Shown here: one piece after another, positions 9,588 through 19,082 of the stretch | How the letters are laid out: each line of letters opens with the position of its first letter | Numbering within the stretch: the stretch's first letter is position 1 | Assembly: GCA_965203445.1 (NCBI GenBank) | Contig: OZ241883.1 | Span: forward strand, 1,216,001 to 1,280,000 | DNA: 64,000 nucleotides | Reading direction: 5' to 3' | DNA from: Candidatus Oxydemutator sp. | GTDB lineage: Bacteria > Pseudomonadota > Gammaproteobacteria > Poriferisulfidales > Oxydemutatoraceae | Program-made: the position numbers and the translations under genes | Notes under the pieces: model-generated | The model's database searches: none | Seen by the model: the letters and a program-made list of their open reading frames with translations, nothing else | What the model was told of the DNA's origin: nothing

Positions 9588-9731
9588 CTATGCCCTGTTC
9601 TTTGCCGACAATGCGCACTCACGGGGCAGTTCGCGGGGCGGGCGGGGTCGGCCGGTAGGCACGAGGAAGCCGATGCGAGGGGAGGGTGGGTACGTTCGTT
9701 CTTTATAATACCGCGGCGACGGGGGAGAGTT

Positions 9732-10460
9732 ATGAGCACCAGCACCAGACCCAGCGGGCGCGCGCCCGATGAATTGCGGCCGGTTCGTTTCGAGCGCGAT
9801 TATCTCGCCCGCGCCCGCGCCTCGGTGTTGGTTTGTTTCGGCGACACCCGCGTGCTGTGCGCGGCCAGCGTCGAGGATCGCGTGCCGCATTTTCTGAAGG
9901 GCGCGCGGCGCGGCTGGCTGACCGCCGAGTACGGCATGTTGCCCGCGGCCACTTCGACGCGCTCGGCGCGCGAGGCGGTGCGCGGCCGGCAGGGCGGGCG
10001 CACGCTCGAAATACAACGGCTGATAGGGCGGTCGCTGCGCGCCTGCCTCGACTTGGCGGCACTCGGCGAGCGCACCATCACGATAGACTGCGACGTCATC
10101 GAGGCCGACGGCGGCACCCGCGCGGCGGCCATCAACGGCGGCTACGTCGCGCTGCACGCCGCGGTGCGCGGCCTGCTCGCCTGCGGGCGCCTCAAGCGGG
10201 ACCCGGTGCACGGCCTGGTGTCGGCGGTATCGGTCGGCATCTGCAAGGGCGTTCCGGTGCTCGATCTCGACTACGCCGAAGACAGCGAAGCCGAGACCGA
10301 CATGAACGTCGTCATGAACGACGCCGGTCATTTCATCGAGGTGCAGGGCACCGCCGAGGGCCACGCTTTCACGCGCACCGAGCTCGACGGCATGCTGGCG
10401 CTCGCCGAACGCGGCACGCGGGCAATCGCGGCGCTGCAACGCGAAGTCCTCGCCGCGTGA
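9732..10460 (+). CDS. rph: Ribonuclease PH
   Basis: [49 protein letters not shown]. Confidence 0.97.
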   Translation: MSTSTRPSGRAPDELRPVRFERDYLARARASVLVCFGDTRVLCAASVEDRVPHFLKGARRGWLTAEYGMLPAATSTRSAREAVRGRQGGRTLEIQRLIGRSLRACLDLAALGERTITIDCDVIEADGGTRAAAINGGYVALHAAVRGLLACGRLKRDPVHGLVSAVSVGICKGVPVLDLDYAEDSEAETDMNVVMNDAGHFIEVQGTAEGHAFTRTELDGMLALAERGTRAIAALQREVLAA

Positions 10461-11059
10461 CGCCGCCTGCGATTTTGGTCGTCGCCAGCGGCAATCGCGG
10501 CAAGCTCGAGGAACTGCGCGCGATTCTCGCCGGCCTGCCGTTCACGTTGCGCCCGCAATCCGATTTTGGCCTGCAAAGCGCCGACGAGACCGGTGCGAAT
10601 TTCGTCGAGAACGCGCTGCTCAAGGCGCGCCACGCGTGCCGCGAGACCGGCTTTGCCGCGATTGCCGACGACTCGGGATTGGAAGTGGACGCGCTCGACG
10701 GCGCGCCGGGCCTACGCTCGGCGCGCTACGCCGGCGACGGTGCCGACGATATGCGCAACCGCGAGAAACTGTTGCACGAACTGCGCGCGTTCGCCGACGA
10801 CGCGCTGAGCGCGCGCTTTCACTGCGCCGCGGTATTGCTGCGCGACGCCGCCGACGCCGCGCCGATCATCGTCGAGGCCTGCTGGCACGGGCGCATCACG
10901 CGCGAGCCGCGCGGCGACGGCGGTTTCGGTTACGACCCGCTCTTCTACGTGCCCGACCACGGCTGCACCGCGGCCGAGCTTGCGCCACGCGTGAAGAACG
11001 CGATCAGCCACCGGGCGCGCGCGTTCGGCGAGTTGCGCGCGCGCTTGCAGGCGCGCTGA
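10457..11059 (+). CDS. rdgB: dITP/XTP pyrophosphatase (Ham1 family)
   Basis: GTG start overlaps the rph stop. [43 protein letters not shown]. Confidence 0.95.
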   Translation: MTPPAILVVASGNRGKLEELRAILAGLPFTLRPQSDFGLQSADETGANFVENALLKARHACRETGFAAIADDSGLEVDALDGAPGLRSARYAGDGADDMRNREKLLHELRAFADDALSARFHCAAVLLRDAADAAPIIVEACWHGRITREPRGDGGFGYDPLFYVPDHGCTAAELAPRVKNAISHRARAFGELRARLQAR

Positions 11060-11071
11060 GGCGGTCGAGCG

Positions 11072-12373
11072 ATGCCGCGCCCGCGCGCCCGCGCGCCCAC
11101 GTTGCCGCCGCTCGCGCTCTACGTGCACCTGCCGTGGTGCCTGTCCAAGTGCCCGTATTGCGATTTCAATTCGCACGCGCTGCCGGGCGCGGCGCCGAAT
11201 GGCCTGGAGCGCGCGCTGCAACGGGACTACGTCAACGCGCTCATCGCCGATCTCGAAGGCGATCTTGCGTACGTTCAGGGGCGCCGTCTTGTCAGCATCT
11301 TTTTAGGCGGCGGCACACCGAACTTGTTCGACGCGGCCTCGATTGCAAAATTGTTGGATGCGATTTGCGCGCGCACGGCACCGGCACCGGCCTGCGAGAT
11401 CACGCTCGAGGCGAATCCCGGCGTCGAAGCCGCGGACTTCGCGGGTTTTCGCGCCGCCGGCGTCAACCGCCTGTCGCTCGGCGTGCAGAGTTTCGACGAC
11501 GCGACGTTGGCGAGACTGGGGCGCGCGCACAGCGGCGCCGACGCGATACGCGCGTTCGAGGCCGCGCGCCGCGCCGGTTTCGACAACGTCAATCTCGACC
11601 TGATGTTCGGCCTGCCGCGCCAGACCATCGCGCTTGGGCTGGCCGACCTGCGCCGGTGCCTGGCGCTGGCGCCCGACCACGTTTCCTATTACCAGCTGAC
11701 CATCGAACCGAACACGGTGTTCTACGCCTCGCCGCCGCCGTTGCCGGACGACGAAACCGTCTGGCGGTTGCAACAAGAGGCGGCCGCGACGCTGCGCGAA
11801 CATGGTTACCGCCGTTACGAGGTTTCGGCGTACGCGGCGACGAAGCGCTGCCGTCACAATCTGAACTACTGGCGCTTCGGCGATTACATCGGTATCGGTG
11901 CCGGTGCGCACGGCAAAGTGACGATGGCATCGTCGGCGGCGGTCGTGCGCACGCGCAAGCACCGCCGGCCGCAGCGCTACGTCGAGCAGGCGCAGGCCGG
12001 CGGGCACCGCCGCGCCGAGGAGCGCACGCTCGCGGACGATGACCTGCTGTTCGAGTTCCTGCTGAACGCGCTGCGCCTGGCCGACGGCTTCGAGGCGTCG
12101 CTGTTCCCCCGTCGCACCGGTCTCGACGGGCGATTGCTGCGCCGCCGCCTGCGCCCGCTGATGGGACGCGGCCTGATCGAGCATCGTGGTGGCAGATACG
12201 CGGCGACGCCGCGCGGTGCCCGTTTCTTGAACGACGTGCTGGAGGAGCTGCTGCCCGAAGCCGGGGGCGGACGTTCGCAATCCGTCCCGTCGTCGCCGGC
12301 CCCGTTCGCTGCGACGAAAGCGACTTATGCACACGCAACGCCGATCGCCCTGATGCGCGCTGACAGTGCATAG
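11072..12373 (+). CDS. hemW: Radical SAM heme chaperone (HemN-like)
   Basis: LYVHLPWCLSKCPYCDFNS, GGGTP, HNLNYW. Conserved rph-rdgB-hemW order. Confidence 0.93.
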   Translation: MPRPRARAPTLPPLALYVHLPWCLSKCPYCDFNSHALPGAAPNGLERALQRDYVNALIADLEGDLAYVQGRRLVSIFLGGGTPNLFDAASIAKLLDAICARTAPAPACEITLEANPGVEAADFAGFRAAGVNRLSLGVQSFDDATLARLGRAHSGADAIRAFEAARRAGFDNVNLDLMFGLPRQTIALGLADLRRCLALAPDHVSYYQLTIEPNTVFYASPPPLPDDETVWRLQQEAAATLREHGYRRYEVSAYAATKRCRHNLNYWRFGDYIGIGAGAHGKVTMASSAAVVRTRKHRRPQRYVEQAQAGGHRRAEERTLADDDLLFEFLLNALRLADGFEASLFPRRTGLDGRLLRRRLRPLMGRGLIEHRGGRYAATPRGARFLNDVLEELLPEAGGGRSQSVPSSPAPFAATKATYAHATPIALMRADSA

Positions 12374-12504
12374 GAAAAACCTTATGCGGCAAGCATGCTG
12401 CAAATAAATGATTGTTATATCAAACAGTTGCCGGAAAGTCAGACATTCCGTTATTTTTCGACTATGTGTTTGAAACAGATACACTTTGTGCCGCCGGGGC
12501 TGTT

Positions 12505-12525
12505 TTGTCCACAATGTTATCCACA
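12505..12525 (+). promoter_or_regulatory. Tandem DnaA-box-like motifs
   Basis: TTGTCCACA (12505) and a perfect TTATCCACA (12517) upstream of rpmE. Confidence 0.45.
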
Positions 12526-12639
12526 GAAACTACAGTCCATTGCCGCATTCCCCCGTTTTGCGATATGATGCCGTTCCCCGAAGGGCTGTCCACCCGATGC
12601 GGATACGTGGAAGCGCCTGAGGAAGTACCCCGAAATACA

Positions 12640-12855
12640 ATGAAAAAGAACATACACCCCGAAATGAGAGAAGTGGAGGCGACTTGCAGTTGCGGCAACC
12701 GCCTGACGGTGCTCTCGACCTACGCTGCCGACAAGCTGTCGTTGGAGGTCTGCGCCGCCTGCCACCCGTTTTACACCGGCAAGCAGAAGATCCTCGAAAG
12801 CGCCAGGCAGGTGGACAAGTTCCGTCGCCGCTACGGCGGCAGGCGCACGCAGTAA
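12640..12855 (+). CDS. rpmE: 50S ribosomal protein L31 (Zn-binding type)
   Basis: MKKNIHP...CSCGN...VCAACHPFYTGKQK. Confidence 0.97.
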   Translation: MKKNIHPEMREVEATCSCGNRLTVLSTYAADKLSLEVCAACHPFYTGKQKILESARQVDKFRRRYGGRRTQ

Positions 12856-12908
12856 TTTTCGATTTTGCGGCGCGGATGGGTGCCGCGCGCTCCACCCGGC
12901 AATCTGCA

Positions 12909-14381
12909 ATGAGCAGCAGCCCGTTGAAAACTCTGGTCGTGTTCGCCGTGACCATCGGCGCCGCCATCGTGGTTCCGGGCTGCGCGACCAATCCGGTCAG
13001 CGGCCAGTCCGAACTGGTGCTGATGAGCGAGGACGAGGAGCTGGCAATCGGGCGGCGCCTTAGCAAAGTGCTGCCGAAACAATACGGCGGCATCTACGAT
13101 GACCCCGTCCTCGCCGCCTACGTGACCGAAATCGGCGAGAGGCTTGCCGCCAAAAGCCACCGCCCCGAACTGGTCTATCACTTCGCGATACTCGATTCGC
13201 CCGTCGTCAATGCGTTCGCGTTGCCGGGCGGCTACGTCTATATCACGCGCGGGATGCTCGCGTACCTGAACTCGGAGAGCGAACTGGCCGGCGTGCTCGG
13301 CCACGAGATAGGCCACGTCACGGCGCGCCACGGCGTCGGCCAGCATACCAAGGAGACGCTGCTGTCGGTGCTGGCCGAAGCCGCGGTGCTGGCGACCAAC
13401 GCCGGTTCCGGTTGGCGCGACGCCGCCGGCTTCGTCAACGTCGCCATTGTCAGGGGCTACGGGCGCCAGGCCGAGTTGGAGGCCGACCGCCTGGGCGCGC
13501 AATACATCGCGCGCGTCGGCTACCGCCCGCAAAAAATGTTGGATCTGCTGGCGGTGCTGAAAGCCCAGGAGGAGTACGAGAAGCAGCGCGCCAAGGAGGA
13601 ACATCGCGCGCCCGTCGTCTATCACGGCGTATTCTCAACCCATCCGAAAAGCGAAGAGCGCTTGCAGGAGATCGTGCGCGAGAGCGAGAAGCTTACGAGC
13701 GCGGGGGCGATTGCCGAAGACCCCGAAGCGTTCCTGCAAAGAATGAGCGGTCTGGTGTACGGCCCGGCGGCGAAAGAGGGGGTGGTGCGCGGCGCGAAGT
13801 TCTATCACGGGCCGCTCGACGTAACGCTGTCTTATCCGCAGGGGTGGCGGATAGAGAATCGGCCGGGGAGTCTCATCGCGCGCACGCGCGACAACGGCGC
13901 GCTGATCGCGACGTCGCTGCGCGACCGCAACCGCCGGGAGAGCGCGCGCAAACATCTGGAGAGAGGCTTCCGCGGCGGCCTCAGGCGGGGCGCGCCGTTG
14001 CGCGGCAAATTGGAGGGCTACACCGCGCTCGTCGAGACGCACACCCCCTACGGGCGTGGTTCGGCGCGCGTGGCCGCGGTGATCAAGGATAAGAAAGTGT
14101 ACGAGTTTTTCGCCGCCGCCAGGGACGCCGGACGCTTCGACCGCTACGACCCGGACTTCGTGGCGACGATGGAAAGCCTGCGCGCGTTGGCGCCCGGCGA
14201 GAAAGACTTGGTCAAACCTCGCGCCATCGCCCTGGTGCGCGTTGCGCAAGGCCAGACGATAGACTACTTCGCCGCGCGCTCGGCATTGGGGCACCACGCG
14301 GCCGAACAAATCCGCCTGCTGAACGGTCTCTATCCCGACGGCGAACCGCAACCGGGGCAGTTGATAAAAGTCGTCAGATAA
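12909..14381 (+). CDS. M48-family Zn metalloprotease lipoprotein with a LysM-like C-terminus
   Basis: Lipobox-like VVPGC, NAFALPGG, HEIGH, ELEAD, FSTHP. C-terminal IRLLNGL...GQLIKVV. Confidence 0.88.
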   Translation: MSSSPLKTLVVFAVTIGAAIVVPGCATNPVSGQSELVLMSEDEELAIGRRLSKVLPKQYGGIYDDPVLAAYVTEIGERLAAKSHRPELVYHFAILDSPVVNAFALPGGYVYITRGMLAYLNSESELAGVLGHEIGHVTARHGVGQHTKETLLSVLAEAAVLATNAGSGWRDAAGFVNVAIVRGYGRQAELEADRLGAQYIARVGYRPQKMLDLLAVLKAQEEYEKQRAKEEHRAPVVYHGVFSTHPKSEERLQEIVRESEKLTSAGAIAEDPEAFLQRMSGLVYGPAAKEGVVRGAKFYHGPLDVTLSYPQGWRIENRPGSLIARTRDNGALIATSLRDRNRRESARKHLERGFRGGLRRGAPLRGKLEGYTALVETHTPYGRGSARVAAVIKDKKVYEFFAAARDAGRFDRYDPDFVATMESLRALAPGEKDLVKPRAIALVRVAQGQTIDYFAARSALGHHAAEQIRLLNGLYPDGEPQPGQLIKVVR

Positions 14382-14470
14382 CGCCGGCAAATGGCCGCGG
14401 GCGGCCGAGCCGGGTCGCAAACCGGTGCTTCCGTCGGCGCTCGTGAACCGCCGCCTGCCACTCGCCGTCC

Positions 14471-15397
14471 ATGACAAGTTCCGACGAACGCGACCGCCAC
14501 AATCGAGTGTACCTGGTGGACGCGAGCCTCTACGTCTTTCGCGCGTGGTTCTCGATGCCGGACACGCTGCGCGACGGCGACGGCCGCCCGGTCAACGCGG
14601 TCTATGGTTTCTACGACTTTGTGATGCGCTTCCTGCGCCGCACGATGCCGCGCCAGATAGTGTTTGCCTTCGACGAAAGTCTCGAGACTTCGCACCGCAA
14701 CGACATCTACCCGCCCTACAAAGCCAACCGCGAGCCGGCGCCGGACGAACTGAAGGCGCAGTTTCACCGCTGCCGCGGCCTGGTCGGCGCCCTCGGCATC
14801 GGCGAGGTGGCCGACCCCCGCTACGAAGCCGACGACCTGATAGGTGCGCTCGCGCAGCGGGCGCGCGAGCGCGGCGACGCCGTCGTCATCGTCAGCAGCG
14901 ACAAGGACTTGGCGCAGCTGGTGCGCGCGGGCGACACGTGGTGGGACTATCCGAAGCGCGACCAGGCCGACTGCGACGCGATCGCCGAACGCTTCGGCGT
15001 GCGCCCGGAACAGATTTCGGATTTGTTGGCGATCGCCGGCGATCCGGTGGACAACGTCCCCGGCGTGCCCGGCGTCGGCCCGGTGACGGCGGCGCGCCTG
15101 CTGCGGCATTTTGGTTCCGTCGCCGAACTGCTTGCGCGCGTGGCCGAGATAGCCGATCTGGACGTGCGCGGCGCCGGGCGCGTCGAGGGTCTGGTGCGCG
15201 AATACGCCGAGACCATCCGTCTGGCGCAGCGCCTGACCACGATAGACGGCAGCGCGCCGCTGCCGCCCGGCCTGTCCTGCGAAGTCGCGCCGGGCGACCG
15301 TGCGCGCCTTCAGGAACTATCGGACGAACTGGGCTTCGGGCGTTACCGCCGACGGCAGTGGCAGGAGTATCTCGAGGCGTCGCCGTCGCGCCGATGA
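14471..15397 (+). CDS. Stand-alone 5'-3' exonuclease / flap endonuclease (Xni-like)
   Basis: LVDAS, YKANR, YEADDLIG, SSDKDLAQL, GDPVDNVPGVPGVGP (H3TH motif). Confidence 0.92.
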   Translation: MTSSDERDRHNRVYLVDASLYVFRAWFSMPDTLRDGDGRPVNAVYGFYDFVMRFLRRTMPRQIVFAFDESLETSHRNDIYPPYKANREPAPDELKAQFHRCRGLVGALGIGEVADPRYEADDLIGALAQRARERGDAVVIVSSDKDLAQLVRAGDTWWDYPKRDQADCDAIAERFGVRPEQISDLLAIAGDPVDNVPGVPGVGPVTAARLLRHFGSVAELLARVAEIADLDVRGAGRVEGLVREYAETIRLAQRLTTIDGSAPLPPGLSCEVAPGDRARLQELSDELGFGRYRRRQWQEYLEASPSRR

Positions 15398-15461
15398 ACT
15401 CCGGCGGCACCGGCGAGAAAGCGGTTGTACGCGTGCACTGCGACGCCCTGGCACTTCTGCG

Positions 15462-16559
15462 TCATTGCCGCGCTCCCAAAGCCAGTGCCCGCGCGCGCGA
15501 CCGTTCCCGCTCTTGCGTCGCGCTTTGCGCGGCGTATGCCTCCCATCCCCCGAGGTGCCGTACGACCAGCCGCGCCAGGAAGGCGATGTGTTCGGGCGCG
15601 TCGTTCAGCGCCGGGATATAGCGCAGTTCGCCGCCGCCTTCGCGCTCGAACAGCGCGCGGTTCTGCATCGCAATTTCCTCCAGCGTCTCCAGGCAATCCA
15701 CCGCAAAGCCGGGGCAGAACACGTCCACCCGGGCGGTCTTGCGCCGCGCCAGTTCGCGCAAGGTCGCATCGGTGTAGGGTTTGAGCCATTCGGCGCGCCC
15801 GAAGCGCGACTGAAAACAAATAAGCCAGTCGTGCTCGGCCAGCGCCAGCGCCTCGGCGATCAGGCGCGCCGTCTTGTGGCACTGGCAGTGGTACGGATCG
15901 CCTTTCGACAGGTTGCGCCTCGGCAGGCCGTGGAACGACAGCAGCAGTTTGTCGCCGGCGCCGTGCTCGGCGCGAAAGGCGCGTATGCGCCGTGCGCAGG
16001 CGTCTATGTAGCCGGGGTCGTCGTGATAGGAGTTGACGAAGCGCGTCTCCGGCAGCCATCGGCGGCGACGCAAGGTGCCGGTCGCGGCGTCGAACACCGC
16101 CGCCGTCGTCGTCGCCGAGTATTGCGGGAACAGCGGAACGATCAGCAGATGGCGCGCGTTTGCGCGGCGCAATCGTTCCAGCTCGTCGGCAAGGCTTGGT
16201 TCGCCGTAGCGCATCGCGGCAACGACGTCCGCTTGCGGCCAACCCGCGTCTTGCACGCGCGTGGCCACCGCGCGCGCGAGCGCCCTCGTGTGCACCAACA
16301 GCGGCGAACCCTGCGGCGACCAGATTTTGGCGTAGGCCCGGGCCGCGCGGCGCGGGCGCAACGGCAGCACCAGCAGGCGCAACAGGAGCCACCACAACGG
16401 GCGCGGAATCTCGACGACGCGCGGGTCGGACAGAAATTCTTTCAGATAGCGGCGCACCGCGGCCGGCGTCGGCGCCTTCGGGGTGCCGAGGTTGACCAGC
16501 AATACGCCGATGCGCGCCGCGCTGCCGTGGTGGTATTCCCCGTCATTGCGGTGGTTCAT
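15462..16559 (-). CDS. hemH: Ferrochelatase
   Basis: LLVNLGTP, EFLSDPRVVE, PQYSATT, SFHGLP, FQSRFG, DCLETLEEI. Confidence 0.96.
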   Translation of the reverse strand: MNHRNDGEYHHGSAARIGVLLVNLGTPKAPTPAAVRRYLKEFLSDPRVVEIPRPLWWLLLRLLVLPLRPRRAARAYAKIWSPQGSPLLVHTRALARAVATRVQDAGWPQADVVAAMRYGEPSLADELERLRRANARHLLIVPLFPQYSATTTAAVFDAATGTLRRRRWLPETRFVNSYHDDPGYIDACARRIRAFRAEHGAGDKLLLSFHGLPRRNLSKGDPYHCQCHKTARLIAEALALAEHDWLICFQSRFGRAEWLKPYTDATLRELARRKTARVDVFCPGFAVDCLETLEEIAMQNRALFEREGGGELRYIPALNDAPEHIAFLARLVVRHLGGWEAYAAQSATQERERSRARALALGARQ

Positions 16560-17133
16560 CTGCGGTGCGCAGCCGGCTGCGCCGAGGGAAGTGCGCCTTC
16601 AGGAACTCCATCTGGTCGGCCAGCACGGTGCGCGCCTGTAGATAGACGTATTCGGCGTGGGTCGGCACGAACGGCACCGCCAGCAGTTTCAGGCCGGCCT
16701 GTTCCGGTGTGCGCCCCGCCTTGTGGTTGTTGCAGCGCTTGCAGGCGGTTACGACGTTGCTCCACTTGTCCTCGCCGCCCTGGTGAAACGGCACGACGTG
16801 ATCGCGCGACAGATCGCGGCGTTGGAAGCGTTCGCCGCAGTACATGCACAGGAAGGCGTCGCGGCGGAACAGCGTCAGGTTGTTCAGCGGCGGCACGTAT
16901 TCCAGCCCGAGGCGCGGATTTTTGCCGTAGGTGGCGATGATCGAGTCCACGACGATCACGCTGCGCCGCCCGGACGCGGCGTTGACGCCGCCGCGAATTC
17001 TGAACAACTGCGCGCCGGCGCTGTAGGCGACCTCGCCCAGGTAGTAGAAGCGCACGGCGTCCTGGTAGCCGATCCAGTCGAGCGGCATGCCGGATACGTC
17101 CACCCGCAGGATTTTCTGGCTGAAGTTGTTCAT
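16543..17133 (-). CDS. HNH endonuclease family protein
   Basis: LFRRDAFLCMYCG, RDHVVP, NVVTACKRCNNHK. Confidence 0.88.
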   Translation of the reverse strand: MNNFSQKILRVDVSGMPLDWIGYQDAVRFYYLGEVAYSAGAQLFRIRGGVNAASGRRSVIVVDSIIATYGKNPRLGLEYVPPLNNLTLFRRDAFLCMYCGERFQRRDLSRDHVVPFHQGGEDKWSNVVTACKRCNNHKAGRTPEQAGLKLLAVPFVPTHAEYVYLQARTVLADQMEFLKAHFPRRSRLRTADEPPQ

Positions 17134-17549
17134 CGCTTCGCTGGATTTGTCGCTCGGAATGGCGCAATTCAAACGGAATTATACACAAACGCGCTACAAA
17201 TCCGGCCCATGGCTCCCTCGCCGTTGGTCGCTCCTTGCCGCACAAGCGGGAATCCGGCAAAAACCGGCGGCACTGGCGGCATCGTCGCCACTGCATTTGT
17301 AGGGGTTTTGCCGGGCGGTCGGGCGGACGCATCGGGTTGTCCTGTCAGCGGATGTATAATGTTTGGGACTTATATACAAAAATGCACCGAAAGCGCTTGA
17401 GAACCATATAAGGCAAAGGGTTTGATAGGATTGACTTTATGCGGTGCTTGCGCCCCGTGACCCGGGGGGCGTCGCCGCCATTTCAAGGGAAACGGCAGTG
17501 AACAAGCAACCGCCCGCTTTTGTTCCGCTGGTTCGGGGAATACTCCGAC

Positions 17550-17576
17550 TGGATTCCCGCTGGCGTGGGAATGGCA
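17550..17576. repeat. REP-like palindrome (GGATTCCCGC...GGGAATG type)
   Basis: TGGATTCCCGCTGGCGTGGGAATGGCA. A partial related copy GCGGGAATCC lies at ~17246. Confidence 0.55.
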
Positions 17577-17772
17577 GATCGGTATCTGTCTGATTTCATT
17601 CCTTTTTTCTTGGGCGTTTTTATCCTGGTTACAATGTGTCCAATCGGGCGAAACGGCGGGCGTGGTTGCCTGCGGAAGCATTAGTGACAAATTTCCCACA
17701 AATTTTTCCACAGAAATTGTGGGTAATTTTTGGGAATTATGTATCAAAATCTACAGAATGACCGTGAAGTAA

Positions 17773-17800
17773 TTGAATTTACATAGAAATATGATATAAT
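17773..17800 (+). promoter_or_regulatory. Sigma70 promoter of tnpB, probably near-leaderless
   Basis: TTGAAT-16 nt-TATAAT with an extended TG. The ATG follows 10 nt later with no Shine-Dalgarno sequence. Confidence 0.6.
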
Positions 17801-17810
17801 TCATTCTAAT

Positions 17811-19082
17811 ATGAAGGTATATAGGACTATCCGCTACAGGCTGCATCCGGGCACGCAAGCCAAAGCCCGCAAGTTGGCGGGTTTGGCGGGGGCGTGCAGA
17901 TTTGTGTGGAATCATTTTGTGGGGAAGTTACGGGACGAGTATCTGGCGTACGGGGGATGCCGGCCATGGTATTACACGTTAGGCAAGCAATTTACTTTGT
18001 TACGGCGTTATTGTGAATCCTGGCTACAGGAATACTCGGCGAACATAGTAAAGAGTTCTTTGAAACCCATAGAGACTGCGTACAAGAAGTTCTATGACAA
18101 GAAGGGCGGGTTGCCCAGGTTCCATGCTTATGGAATACATCAAGAGAGTTTTCCTCTTGTGCCCGGCCGGTTTCGTATAAGAAGGCGCCATCTGCATATA
18201 GAGAAGATGGGTGAGTTTCTGTTGTTTGGTCGTAATCCATATCCGGATGCAAAGCCCGCGTCGGGTACAGTCAAAAGGGAATGCGGGAATTGGTATGCGT
18301 ATGTGGTTTATGCCGTGGAACAGAAAGAGATTAAACGGGAGTACAATTCAGTGGGCATAGACAGGAATGTAGGTCAGGTAACGTGCTCTGATGGAATTGT
18401 ATATCGAATGCCTGATACTACTCGATTAGATGCGCGTAAGCGTCGCCATCAACGTATGGTGGCAAGACGTAAGTGTGGCAGTAGAAAGCACAAGGTAAAG
18501 CCTTCTAACAGGTACTTGCGGGCAAAGCATTTACATGCAGTAGTCAGTAGGAAGATAAAGCAGAAAAGGAATAATTGGTGTCATCATGTAAGTAATGAGA
18601 TAGCAGAGAATTATTCTGTAGTACATTTGGAGGATTTGAATACAAAGGGGATGACAAGGAGTGCCAAGGGCACAAAAGAAAGACTAGGTAAGAATGTAAA
18701 ACAGAAGTCTGGGTTGAATAAGGGGATACTGAATACGAACTGGTATAAGTTTGAGCAATTTTTGGGTTACAAGACCCAAGTGAATTATGTGCCCGCCAAG
18801 GACACGAGTCGTGCGTGTAACAAGTGTGGTCATACGGAAAAGAAAAACAGAGTATCGCAATCAGTATTTGTTTGTGTTGATTGTGGTCATCGGGATAATG
18901 CTGATCTTCAATCATCGTATAACATACATGAGTATGGAGATTATCTATTAGAATATAAGGCCTCCGGGAATGGGGCAACTGGACGTGGAGATGGCGGTAA
19001 GACCCTGAAGGAATTATTGACCGACAGGGCACGGTCTGTGAAGCGTCAAATGGGTACCAACAACCTACGGAATCCTCTGTAG
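17811..19082 (+). CDS. tnpB: RNA-guided endonuclease TnpB family protein
   Basis: N-terminal YRLHP...GACRFVWN, RuvC-I VGIDRN, RuvC-II LEDL, KQKSGLNKGI, Zn finger CNKC/CVDC, RuvC-III NAD...NI. The stop codon lies inside the right TIR. Confidence 0.95.
   Translation: MKVYRTIRYRLHPGTQAKARKLAGLAGACRFVWNHFVGKLRDEYLAYGGCRPWYYTLGKQFTLLRRYCESWLQEYSANIVKSSLKPIETAYKKFYDKKGGLPRFHAYGIHQESFPLVPGRFRIRRRHLHIEKMGEFLLFGRNPYPDAKPASGTVKRECGNWYAYVVYAVEQKEIKREYNSVGIDRNVGQVTCSDGIVYRMPDTTRLDARKRRHQRMVARRKCGSRKHKVKPSNRYLRAKHLHAVVSRKIKQKRNNWCHHVSNEIAENYSVVHLEDLNTKGMTRSAKGTKERLGKNVKQKSGLNKGILNTNWYKFEQFLGYKTQVNYVPAKDTSRACNKCGHTEKKNRVSQSVFVCVDCGHRDNADLQSSYNIHEYGDYLLEYKASGNGATGRGDGGKTLKELLTDRARSVKRQMGTNNLRNPL

Noticed and set aside
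9588-9630. NtrC enhancer sites upstream of the glnK sigma54 promoter
   Set aside because: The position is plausible, but matches to TGCAC-N7-GTGCA are too degenerate to call.
12380-12560. oriC
   Set aside because: Only two DnaA boxes, with no dnaA/gidA context and no clear unwinding-element repeats. Kept only as a low-confidence regulatory motif.
17180-17720. Structured ncRNA or a CDS (17370-17747) in the long intergenic region
   Set aside because: I recognised no known RNA family motif. The ORF crosses a REP-like palindrome and the TIR.
17811-19082. Cas12f/type V CRISPR effector or catalytically dead TldR
   Set aside because: There is no CRISPR array or cas1/cas2 nearby, and the RuvC D-E-D residues appear intact.
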